Origin: Octopus bimaculoides
Lineage: Eukaryota
DNA length: 37,113 nucleotides
Assembly: GCF_001194135.2 (NCBI RefSeq)
Contig: NC_068982.1
Span: 52,487,087-52,524,199 of the forward strand
Direction of reading: 5' to 3'
Shown here: positions 1 through 10,449 of the stretch, one piece after another
How positions within the stretch are numbered: the stretch's first letter is position 1
How the letters are laid out: each line of letters begins with the position of its first letter
Translations under genes and position numbers: made by a program
Notes under the pieces: generated by a model
The model's database searches: none
What the model was told of the DNA's origin: nothing
What the model saw: the letters and a program-made list of their open reading frames with translations, nothing else

Positions 1-78
1 TATATATATATACACACATACATACATACATACATACATACATACATACATACATGTATATTGTGTTTGTGTGTGCGT
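1..78. repeat. (TA)n-(TACA)n-(TG)n compound microsatellite
   Basis: Direct reading: a (TACA) run over about 17-54, then degenerate TG repeats. Confidence 0.9.
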
Positions 79-1848
79 GTGTTGGAGAGTGCTAAAGCAA
101 GTATGGAATAAATACTCACGGAGTAGTTATCAGAGAAAAGCGAAATGATATTCCAACTCTTTGATCTAGGGCAGGTGCCTCAAGTGTAGAAAGTGAGATA
201 TAAGAACCATTCTCGTCAAGTGAATAAGGAAGTAGGGTTAACGCATATATTTACATGAAATACAAAATATAGAGTGCAGAATAAAGAATACAAAACAAAC
301 GAAAGGGGCTCTGTCCTTGTCTGGTCATGACATTTGTTTCTGGTGAAGAATGGCTTATGCCGCGACCACGTTCATTACATAGTACAAGTCTATAATGAAG
401 TAGATGTATGAAATAGCATAAGTTCCGATGGAGTCATTACACAAGGCCAACTCACCCTCATTGGAAGAATGTGGTTAAAAGCTTAGTAAGTGGAACTACT
501 GAAGATCGCACTTTACTGTTTTAAGAAATGCAATTATGGTTGGTTATGAGCAAAACGTCTTTGCTCTTTAGTTGCTCCAATGAGAGTTTGTTTAGAGCAA
601 AACTACATCATAATAAACAACAAAAGCGACAACATCATAAATGATAACCTATAAAAACAAGTCTAATTGTTATTAACCTTTCTAGACATGAGTTTTATCA
701 CTATTAACTAAAATCTTTAGTGGTGGTGGGGAACTTTAGCATTAATATTCAGAAACTAAACAGCAATCTGATCCTTGATTTAATCTTCAGTTGACTTCAT
801 TTCATTGATGAGATAGTAACCTTAATGAAGAGAAAGTAATTTCAAAAATAGGCGAGATAATCGATAATTTACTATATTCCAAATAATAGCGTGAAATTTC
901 CGATAAATTGCATTGGTACGGTCATTCATTGTCGGAAAAGTTTGATTAGAAGTAATCAATTTGTTCAAGGTCGAAATCTTCCGAATAGCAAATTCATTTC
1001 AACTGAATGTCTATTATTTATTGAAATGTATTTATTAATTAATGGCATTCGGCTTTTTACTCAGCACGTACATTATTATGGTAAATGTCCATACGAAAAT
1101 AATCGAAATTCTATTTCTAGTAGAATATTTATTTGATTAGGTGAACTAGATAACCAAATCTATTGTCTTGGGCTTTTCTCTATTTAGATTTAAGAAGTGC
1201 ATTGGGAAAGAATGAAAATCATAATTGTAAGCTAGTTGTTAAAGAAAGTCAAAAGCCAATTCTTAAAAAAAAAAGAAAACAAACACCAAAATCAAAACAA
1301 ACAAAAGCAAAATATCAAACGAAAAACAAACAAAAATATATCAAACGAAACAAATATACAACAACCAAAGATAAATAATATTGCAATGATTTGCTGTGTT
1401 TTTGTAACATTGGAAGAAAACATATCTTCGAAAATCGATAATAACAAATAAAAAGGCTAAACAACAACAATAAGAACAACAAATAAGAATCTCGTGATTA
1501 CAAAAATCCAAAGCATTGGGATCTTTGAAAACGAGTCAAAGTAGTGCAATGTCTTGTTTATCAATTCAGATTTAAAATAGTAGATGGAGAGAAATCCTAG
1601 AAGTATGACTGCAATAAGACAGTAGAATATACGTTAAAAAAGAAAGTGAAACTGCTTTTCAGGTTTTACTGGAAATGACAAGAAAAGAAAGAAAGTAAGA
1701 AAAAAAGATCAAATAATGTTAACATCTTTCCAAACAAGTCAGGAAAAAGTTTGAGATATTTTCCTCGTGTCAGGAAGGCTTGTAATCTTTTTCTTTTGAG
1801 TTCTCACTTTTTTTTTGTTAATGGGATCCGATTTTAGTTTCGTAGAGA

Positions 1849-1850
<2 letters not shown>

Positions 1851-1879
<29 letters not shown>

Positions 1880-2010
1880 TGTATGTATGTATGTATACAT
1901 GCATGCATGCATGTATGCATGCGTGCGTGCATGAATGCATGCATGTATGTGATGTATGTATGTATGTAAATATGCATGCATGCATGTATATATGTATCCA
2001 TGTATATGTG
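1851..2010. repeat. (TATG)n/(CATG)n compound microsatellite
   Basis: Direct reading; source of the MYVC/HTYI ORFs. Confidence 0.95.
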
Positions 2011-2015
2011 AAAAC

Positions 2016-2147
2016 GCGTAGCTTAGCGGTTAGGGTAGTCGACTTACTATCGTAAGACCGTGAATTCGATACCCGGCGGCGCGTTTTGTCCTTGAGCAAG
2101 ACGCTTTATTTTCCATTGATCCGGTCCACTCAGTTGACAAAAATGAG
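2016..2147 (+). mobile_element. tRNA-derived SINE, 5' part
   Basis: A-box-like TAGCTTAGCGG and B-box-like GAATTCGATACC, followed by the common SINE body motif TTGTCCTTGAGCAAGACGCTTT. Confidence 0.75.
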
Positions 2148-2379
2148 ACATACATACATCGTTGCTCACCTATATTCTACTTCATCCCCTTTTTTTCTCT
2201 CTCTACCACTCTTTCTCCTTACCCCTGGTCACATGTGTCCGGCTACTACGTCCTTTCTTATCTTGGCTACTGCCAAGCTCGCACGAACTTTCTCCTCTCT
2301 TCCTTTAAGTTCGTCACATCACAGCGTTCCGTATACATATATATTTTTTTCAAGTCTGGCCTTATAGCCCTTCTTGTTT

Positions 2380-2660
2380 ATTTTCACTGTTTCGATTTCC
2401 TGTCTTGTTTTCTGTTTGCCACTACATTCCTCCGCGTTACAAATTTAATTTGTTTCCGCGGGAAGAGCCATTCTAACAATGCGTCCTGCCCTAACTCTTC
2501 GAAACGCTTAGTTTTAGAATGGTGGCAGCTGGTGAAGAACATGTTCTCTCTGTGGCCTGTGTGTTTTCTGTGCTCTGTTTATGTTCTGTTTCTCATTTTG
2601 CCCACGTTTTCTTGTGACGTCCTGTACCCAGATATGCATCTATATATACATGTAAATGTA
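2380..2660 (+). mobile_element. Penelope-like terminal repeat remnant with decayed HHR-like motif
   Basis: GGAAGAG...CTCTTCGAAACGCT (2461-2508), CAGCTGGTGAAG and GACGTCCTGTACCCAGATATGCAT are colinear with the reverse complement of 36925-37090. The family assignment is inference. Confidence 0.45.
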
Positions 2661-2714
2661 GGTATGTACATACATGTACGTATATATGCATATACTCACA
2701 TATTATTTGTATTA

Positions 2715-2775
2715 TTACATACATACATACATGCATACATACATACATACATACATGCATACATACATACATACA

Positions 2776-2806
<31 letters not shown>
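2715..2806. repeat. (TACA)n microsatellite
   Basis: Direct reading. Confidence 0.95.
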
Positions 2807-2808
<2 letters not shown>

Positions 2809-2809
2809 G

Positions 2810-3090
2810 CATCGTGGACTGTCTTGCCAAAGAGGACAGATAACGGCTCTGCAGTATTTTGCTGAACAGCCTGCACAAATAATTTGTGTGTAGCTATCAA
2901 ATATTTGTGTTCTACATAAGCTCGTTCGCTCCATGAAATTGATACTGCCTGTACATGTGCATGGTGTGCCACACCTCAGATGCTTAAGTGATCGTAGAGC
3001 AATGTGAGATGGAGTGTATTGGTCCGGGAGTCGAAACAACAATCTCGCGATCATGAGTAGGACACGCAAACCATTAGGTCACGCACCCTT
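2810..3090 (-). mobile_element. Degenerate tRNA-derived SINE
   Basis: Minus strand begins GGGTGCGTGACCTAATGGTT...GTTTCGACTCCCGG, with A- and B-box-like motifs. Confidence 0.6.
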
Positions 3091-3453
3091 ACATGCAAAT
3101 GTATAACACACAACCACATTCACACACACACGCACCCCTACACACTAAACGCACACACAAAATACGCACATACGCAAACAAACACACCCTTATGATAATT
3201 CATGTTATTCTTTAAAGACGTTCAACAGATATTCTCTAGCATTACATCCCAGTGGAAGTTAATAAGGAAATATTACAGAAAAGCAGAAATATATGAAATT
3301 TTAGAAATAATACAACAAATTAAAGAATAGATGTGTTAGAAGAAGAAAACAAATCAGTTTAGAGAAAATGAAAATGAAAACAACAAAGTTGCAGTTTATG
3401 ACGTGATATAGTATGAAGTAATGGGATGGCAGACCTAGCACAGACTTGCATAC

Positions 3454-3587
3454 TGAGCTACATTTCAAGAAGATCTCGTTAAGGGTACTTATTACGGTCG
3501 TTTTCACGCCGGCAATGTATATATTTTTCAGATGAGACCAACTAAGGTCATCTTTTGTTTTACATATGAGACCACAAATGTGAAAAC
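3454..3587 (-). CDS. Possible internal exon of an unidentified gene
   Basis: Acceptor tttcttttactgtcatcag, donor gtatgc, 134 nt open in one frame (GFHICGLICKTKDDLSWSHLKNIYIAGVKTTVISTLNEIFLKCSS). No family recognised. Confidence 0.2.
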
Positions 3588-3847
3588 CTGATGACAGTAA
3601 AAGAAATATTCTATCAAATAAATAAAGTAAATAGATAAAAAAATCCCATAAATAGATAAAAAGCACAGTCGATAATACACATCAATTTATGTAATGATTT
3701 GACCTTGAGAAAGAGGGTTTTCTCATGGCATCCACATGCTCTATGAAATCGTTGAGATCGGTAACGCCGATGTTGTTCTTGAGCATTTGTATATCGACAG
3801 CTGCTGGAAAACGTATGTAGAGGAGGAGAAATTACAGAACACTAATT

Positions 3848-4285
3848 CTAGGGAGTAAAGACTGGTAGCAGTCGAAAGTGCAGGACACAATATGCGTGAG
3901 GAGAGGGGAGAAAGGGAGCGCGTTGATCGTCTGAGTGGAAATTATCAAGATTAGTTATATTCAAAGAACGGAAGCTGCTATTGTACTGAAGTCTTTCACT
4001 CCATATGGAGGATAGATCATCGACTACTTTTTCACATTGTTCTCGATTCTGGGCTATTTTCCTCCCTCCTTGTAGGCTACGGTATATGTTTCCCCGAAGG
4101 AAGGTATTCCTATCCCATTCTTGTTGGTTTTTATTTGCTTTCGCTGCTTCTGTAACTTGCTCTTTTTTTCTAGGTTGGGGTATTGTCCAATGCAAACCCA
4201 TTTTTACCTCCGAAAATTGGCGGTCCATTTTGCTATTGCCTCTATTCTTTGATTTGTTCAATATGGGAAGCCCTAGTCTATCCAC
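3848..4285 (-). CDS. 145-aa non-repetitive ORF of unknown origin (exon or TE remnant)
   Basis: Longest clean ORF in the supplied track that contains no microsatellite or N; protein-like composition. No motif recognised with confidence. Confidence 0.2.
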   Translation of the reverse strand: MDRLGLPILNKSKNRGNSKMDRQFSEVKMGLHWTIPQPRKKEQVTEAAKANKNQQEWDRNTFLRGNIYRSLQGGRKIAQNREQCEKVVDDLSSIWSERLQYNSSFRSLNITNLDNFHSDDQRAPFLPSPHAYCVLHFRLLPVFTP

Positions 4286-4429
4286 TATCCACTACGAGGC
4301 TAGCCTAACTTATGACTTCAAAACAATGAAACGGTCCGTCAATAATACAGAATGTGTTTACACATTCTTATTTCACCTACAGTGGAGTTTATAATATTTA
4401 CATTTATTTCAGTTCTACAGGCACGCACG

Positions 4430-4460
<31 letters not shown>

Positions 4461-4746
4461 NNNNNNNNNNNNNNNNNNNNNNNNNNNNNNNNNNNNNNNN
4501 NNNNNNNNNNNNNNNNNNNNNNNNNNNNNNNNNNNNNNNNNNNNNNNNNNNNNNNNNNNNNNNNNNNNNNNNNNNNNNNNNNNNNNNNNNNNNNNNNNNN
4601 NNNNNNNNNNNNNNNNNNNNNNNNNNNNNNNNNNNNNNNNNNNNNNNNNNNNNNNNNNNNNNNNNNNNNNNNNNNNNNNNNNNNNNNNNNNNNNNNNNNN
4701 NNNNNNNNNNNNNNNNNNNNNNNNNNNNNNNNNNNNNNNNNNNNNN

Positions 4747-4805
<59 letters not shown>

Positions 4806-6469
4806 CGTGTGTTTGTACAGAACAATGTTGACTTTGTTTTTTCTTGAGTTCGTGTTATTTTCCTTCAATTGTTTGAGCAATGTAATATTTTAAATCACAC
4901 CAGCTATGTGAGCTGCTAATTTAGTCCAATCTAAATAGGATGTAAATTATAGTTGGCCGTTGACCACAAACAATATTCGTGACTTTTTCCGATATAATCC
5001 ACTTTTGACAAAGCAATAGGCCACCTTTCTCTTTCATGGTTACAACCTCGGAAAACGAAGTATCAAGTGTTTTTATCGCAGCTAGCGTGTACGAAATGCG
5101 CGAAAGTGGAAGTAGAAAACCGACTAGCTCTATCCTTTATCTATTGTTAAACCAAATTTACAAAAAGAAATAAATAAAAACAAAACAACAACAACAACAA
5201 CAACAACGTTTTGTCTCTGGATAATTGAATTATATATCGAAGAAGATCACGAAAAACCTGCGAGGCGTCGTGACTATTTTATAAATGGTTAAAGAATGGT
5301 AACTTGAACACGAAATATGAGAGCGAAAAACGTATGTGCGATTACTGTAGAACTGATAGAAAAATAGATTATATATACATACATATATANNNNNNNNNNN
5401 NNNNNNNNNNNNNNNNNNNNNNNNNNNNNNNNNNNNNNNNNNNNNNNNNNNNNNNNNNNNNNNNNNNNNNNNNNNNNNNNNNNNNNNNNNNNNNNNNNNN
5501 NNNNNNNNNNNNNNNNNNNNNNNNNNNNNNNNNNNNNNNNNNNNNNNNNNNNNNNNNNNNNNNNNNNNNNNNNNNNNNNNNNNNNNNNNNNNNNNNNNNN
5601 NNNNNNNNNNNNNNNNNNNNNNNNNNNNNNNNNNNNNNNNNNNNNNNNNNNNNNNNNNNNNNNNNNNNNNNNNNNNNNNNNNNNNNNNNNNNNNNNNNNN
5701 NNNNNNNNNNNNNNNNNNNNNNNNNNNNNNNNNNNNNNNNNNNNNNNNNNNNNNNNNNNNNNNNNNNNNNNNNNNNNNNNNNNNNNNNNNNNNNNNNNNN
5801 NNNNNNNNNNNNNNNNNNNNNNNNNNNNNNNNNNNNNNNNNNNNNNNNNNNNNNNNNNNNNNNNNNNNNNNNNNNNNNNNNNNNNNNNNNNNNNNNNNNN
5901 NNNNNNNNNNNNNNNNNNNNNNNNNNNNNNNNNNNNNNNNNNNNNNNNNNNNNNNNNNNNNNNNNNNNNNNNNNNNNNNNNNNNNNTATATATATATATA
6001 TATATATATGTATATTCTTGTAATTCGTGTTTGTAAGCATGCGTAAATCTATGCATGCATTGATAACTATATTCATGCAACCGTGAACTTGCAAACATGT
6101 GCAATGCAAATATTCTTTCTATTAAAAAACATGTAAGAAAATCTGTGTTGCTCTGTTATCGTTGCTGCTTTTGTTTAGCCTCAGGTCAGCCCTGACTCAG
6201 CGGATTTATGATCAAATGTGTTCCAGCGTCGTCCACCTCGTCTTTCTCTCGAGAATAAGGTATTTATGACTATGTTATCCAAACTATTGCTCTTTTTTTT
6301 TTCTTCTCAAGGCAGTAGAATTAACATGGAAACATACACGCCCGATAAATTTCCAAATCACTTTTCCGTCTCTCTTGGCTGCTATCATTTTTCCTGCACA
6401 TATTTCTCTCTTCACTTCCTCCTTAAACACACACAAATATTTTACCCTTTATATTTCACAAAGTGAAAG

Positions 6470-6680
6470 CACATAGTCTAGTGGTCTGGGTGTTGCACCC
6501 ACGATTGAATGATCATAGTTTTGATTACCAGACCGGTGTTGCAAAGCACTTCATTTCGCGTTACCGCACTCAACTCAATTGTAAACGGGTAATCCTGAGA
6601 CAGACTAGCATTCCGTAGAGGTGAAATGTTGGTCTCCTGCCCGCATAGCCAGTGGTGTGGCATCATTCGAAAGCTACAAG
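6470..6680 (+). mobile_element. Degenerate SINE
   Basis: Decayed tRNA-like head, then GGGTAATCCTGAGACAGACTAGCATTCC, which resembles the GACTGGCGTCCC motif of the SINE at 15056-15328. Confidence 0.45.
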
Positions 6681-7276
6681 AATGTGAGGAAGCGCATTGT
6701 GCTCAGCGGTATATTACAGCAGTGAATAGGCTAGTCAATAAAGTGACACTGATATTTCACAATACCAGCAGAAAATGTTTTAGAGAAATTTTAAACGATG
6801 AGTTGAGATGGATGTTATACACTCCTGTATCCCAGAAATTATACCACACCTTATTTCAAAGGATAAATTATCCAGTGACGTCATACGCGTTAAAGAAATT
6901 ACAGTTAACCAATTGTTATGATATTAATATGGAGCCTTAAAATGCTAATTTGGCGGCAAATTATCGCAGCTCAAGTAACCGCATAGTGACACACTTGTTG
7001 ACTCGAATGTTTGAATTTGTCTTCATGCAGATGTGTTTCTGTGTAAATTAATCAATCACCTTTCTTTGTGTGAAGATCACTTCGGACTGACGTCTCTTAA
7101 AAGTAATTCACTGTAAATGTCATCAACCACGATATATTGATTAATGATAAAATGGTAAAGATGCTGGAGCAGACCGCATTGTCAACAGTTTAAATTTTAC
7201 TACAATAATCACTCTTTTATATGTGTTCTTATAAAATATTTAAACAATATATAAAAACTGTATTAATATACACTGA

Positions 7277-7307
<31 letters not shown>

Positions 7308-7349
7308 TANNNNNNNNNNGATCTTATATAATGGTAATCGACATATACC

Positions 7350-7540
7350 CTACGCCTGCAGCGCATTGCTGACACCACAACAAAAGTCTTTCCGATTAAG
7401 AACAAGTTCTTCAGCTGCTTTTTCACTCTTGTCTAACTGCCCCTTGATCAACAATCCTCTTATAATTTTTCTGAAAGCATCTGCTTCTTCGAATATGGCT
7501 ATAATAGGTGAGCTTCTTTTTTTCACTACGTTCATTGCTT
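7350..7540 (-). CDS. Possible coding segment (exon or TE remnant)
   Basis: Open frame IAIFEEADAFRKIIRGLLIKGQLDKSEKAAEELVLNRKDF with an amphipathic E/K-rich pattern. The ORF's N-terminal part (PKFETI) comes from a SINE tail. Confidence 0.2.
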
Positions 7541-7802
7541 TTATGGTTTCAAATTTTGGCACAGGAACAGCAATTTTAGGAAGATAAAATAAAATTTTAA
7601 GTCGATGAAATAAGTACCAGCTGAACACTGGGGTGAAAGTAATCGGCTCCTGTGCTCAACTTGGACTTATTTTATTGACATCGAAATGACGAGTGGCTAA
7701 GTTGGCCTCGATGGTATTTGATCTCAGCACCTTGAGAGATGGAAGAAATGCCGCCAAGTATTTAGTCTGTCGTGTTAATGATTCCGCCAGCTCACCGCCT
7801 TA
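7541..7802 (-). mobile_element. SINE family B (head AAGGCGGCGAGCTGGCAGAATCGTTAGC type), decayed, with an inverted internal piece
   Basis: Matches the copies at 11712-11927, 16619-17010 and 25730-26074 in this window. Confidence 0.75.
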
Positions 7803-8750
7803 ATCACTGCATACATGAGTGAAACACAAAACTCAGTTTCACACGCATGACTGGCAAAACACTTCATTCCATGTTAATCGCTGATTGGTTAGCTTGAGCA
7901 AGTGCCAGCAACTAAAAACACAATACATTTTCGGACGTTAAAAAACAACAAAAGCCAACAATTTTTTTTTCTCTTGAACATTTCATTTAAACCATCCATC
8001 CGGCTTCAGGCTCTTTCGCTCTTTTTCCTCATTTCCTCTCTTATTGTTTGTACTTTCTCTTTTTCTTTCTTCTCAAGCAACATCTATATTTCTTCCGACA
8101 CACAACATCGCTTTTCAAAATATTAAACACCCAAGATTTTCCTTCACATGAAATTACAGAAAATATTGACCACTAGAGAATTATTACTTCATTCCTGTAA
8201 AATTTTCCTCTGATTGAGCAGACGTGTTATCATAGGCATTTAACTGTAATCATCTTTGTAATCTAAGATGTCCTAAAAAAAATGGTCGATAGGGTTTGAT
8301 TTAAGATATATTTGGAGTCCTATTTCTTGCAGGCAAAGCGACAACCTATGGGCACCTTCATTTTCTTTCGTTTGGTTCATTGGTTTGCTTTTTAAAAAAA
8401 AAACTGTTATAGTTTTCAAAATACTGCTATAGCTGAGCTCTGACTGAGCAGAATTATGTTGAAAGTTGTTCCATCCACAACCCTCCGATCTTTCTATGCA
8501 TAATATATATGTATTCAGGATTATACCATTCTATGTGTTCATGTTAAGATGGCAGGGTGTGGTGTAAGGGAGGTTTGGTTGCTATTCTTAGCAGGTCAAA
8601 TGAACGCATGCTTTCAACCCAAAGTAGACTTAGACATATCCTTTTTTCAATAAGCTATATGATCTAAGTCAGTTCCTTGCTGCTTTTTTTCTTTTTTGTG
8701 TCAGTTCTTATATTAACAATAGAAAATTGAATGAAGCTGACTCACAAAGC

Positions 8751-8823
8751 GGGTTTGTGACGCAATGTATAATGCGTCTACTTACGGTTCAGAAGTTTCC
8801 AGGTTCGAATCTTGTCAAGCTCA
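8751..8823 (+). pseudogene. tRNA-Arg(ACG) pseudogene
   Basis: 73 nt colinear with eukaryotic tRNA-Arg-ACG. Acceptor GGGTTTG/CAAGCTC (with G-U pairs), D stem ACGC/GCGT, anticodon ACG at 8784-8786, T loop TTCGAAT. The anticodon stem, G18 and the T stem are damaged. Confidence 0.8.
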
Positions 8824-8864
8824 GAAGTAGTTTATTACTCTCCTATGTTCTCGTAATTTTTATA

Positions 8865-9184
8865 GGCTCAGACTTGACTGTGTGGTAAGAAGTTTGCTTC
8901 TCAACCACACGGTCCTGGGTTCTGTCCCACTACGTGGTACCTTGACCAAATATCTTCTACTATAGCCTCGGTCCAACGAAAACCTTGTGAGTGGATTTGA
9001 CTGTCGTATATGTGTACTTTTTTTGGGTTGCTTATGTCCACGTAACGTAGTGATTCGTTAAAAGAGACTGCTATTCATAATTGGCAGGCTTTTAAAAAAT
9101 AAGTATTGGGTGCAATTCATTCGACTAAAACCTTCCAGGCGGTGCTCCAGCATGACTGCAGTCCAATTACTGAAGCAAATAACA

Positions 9185-9188
<4 letters not shown>
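8865..9188 (+). mobile_element. SINE family A (dominant family), internally deleted
   Basis: Head CTGTGTGGTAAGAAG...GGGTTCTGTCCCACT and tail GGCGGTGCTCCAGCATG, both shared with many copies in the window. Confidence 0.85.
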
Positions 9189-9235
<47 letters not shown>

Positions 9236-9755
9236 CTCTTTACACAGACACAAAAATATATATTACTCNNNNNNNNNNNNNNNNNNNNNNNNNNNNNNNN
9301 NNNNNNNNNNNNNNNNNNNNNNNNNNNNNNNNNNNNNNNNNNNNNNNNNNNNNNNNNNNNNNNNNNNNNNNNNNNNNNNNNNNNNNNNNNNNNNNNNNNN
9401 NNNNNNNNNNNNNNNNNNNNNNNNNNNNNNNNNNNNNNNNNNNNNNNNNNNNNNNNNNNNNNNNNNNNNNNNNNNNNNNNNNNNNNNNNNNNNNNNNNNN
9501 NNNNNNNNNNNNNNNNNNNNNNNNNNNNNNNNNNNNNNNNNNNNNNNNNNNNNNNNNNNNNNNNNNNNNNNNNNNNNNNNNNNNNNNNNNNNNNNNNNNN
9601 NNNNNNNNNNNNNNNNNNNNNNNNNNNNNNNNNNNNNNNNNNNNNNNNNNNNNNNNNNNNNNNNNNNNNNNNNNNNNNNNNNNNNNNNNNNNNNNNNNNN
9701 NNNNNNNNNNNNNNNNNNNNNNNNNNNNNNNNNNNNNNNNNNNNNNNNNNNNNNN

Positions 9756-9808
<53 letters not shown>

Positions 9809-9930
9809 CAAAGACTGAAGACGATGGATATTTGAATATAAATATATGGGTACTTATATTGATAGATCAAACTTACACAGAGTACAAACTACATAGAAAA
9901 TTAAAGGGGAGGAAGTAAGGTGTTATAAGT

Positions 9931-9967
9931 CCGACAGCTGTTTCTGGGGGCTTGGAGATCCATCATA
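9931..9967 (-). ncRNA. Decayed minimal hammerhead-like motif
   Basis: Minus strand: ATGATG...CCCCCA GAAAC AGCT GTC GG. The palindromic stem III and GUC site are intact; the core and stem II are degenerate. Confidence 0.35.
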
Positions 9968-10449
9968 ATGGTGGTAGATGTAATTCATCACAATATTCAA
10001 GCCGTGTGTAGTGTATATAAGGGATTTGCACACAACATATAATACTTCACTTTATTTTTTGTTATTATGTTTATTTTTATTCATTATCCCTTTAAAATTA
10101 TGACTTCAAATTCAAATCATATCACATGCAGTAATGAAAAGGAAAAATGTAGAGCTGATAACTTACACAGGATCTCCAAGACCAGTGAGATTAAAGGAGG
10201 AAGAAATAATGAGTGATTAGTTACTGTTAACCCTATAATCCTACGGAGAGGCCTATAAGTTACCAACTGGGTGTCAGCGACAGCCAATTGCTTGTTGAGG
10301 AAACAAGACAAGCTCTTCAATCGTTACTCATGGTTCTTGACTTATACTGTTGTGTAACCTCAAGTCAGCCTTTTTCGGGTAGAACTGTTACGTAGGTTGT
10401 CGGCCGAACAACTGGATGCATAATACCAATTCACAGCTTCAGATATGCC

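Noticed and set aside
80-240. Repeat-like segment after the opening microsatellite, suspected Penelope terminus
   Set aside because: No HHR core or second copy in the window; cannot be classified without a search.
3588-3610. CTGATGA...GAAA as a hammerhead
   Set aside because: No helix II, stem III or cleavage triplet can form.
3848-4285. YRSLQGG / SIWSE similarity to the R4/Dong LINE pre-RT region
   Set aside because: The expected downstream K.PGPD and RT motifs are absent in all frames I read.
4800-4900. Minus-strand RKNKVNIVLYKHT and YYIAQT, reminiscent of protein tyrosine phosphatase motifs
   Set aside because: The motifs are in different frames, lack the invariant KNRY spacing and are interrupted by stops.
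7541-7628. N-terminal part of the 92-aa ORF 7350-7628
   Set aside because: PKFETI derives from the family B SINE tail; the same peptide appears in the ORF at 26050.
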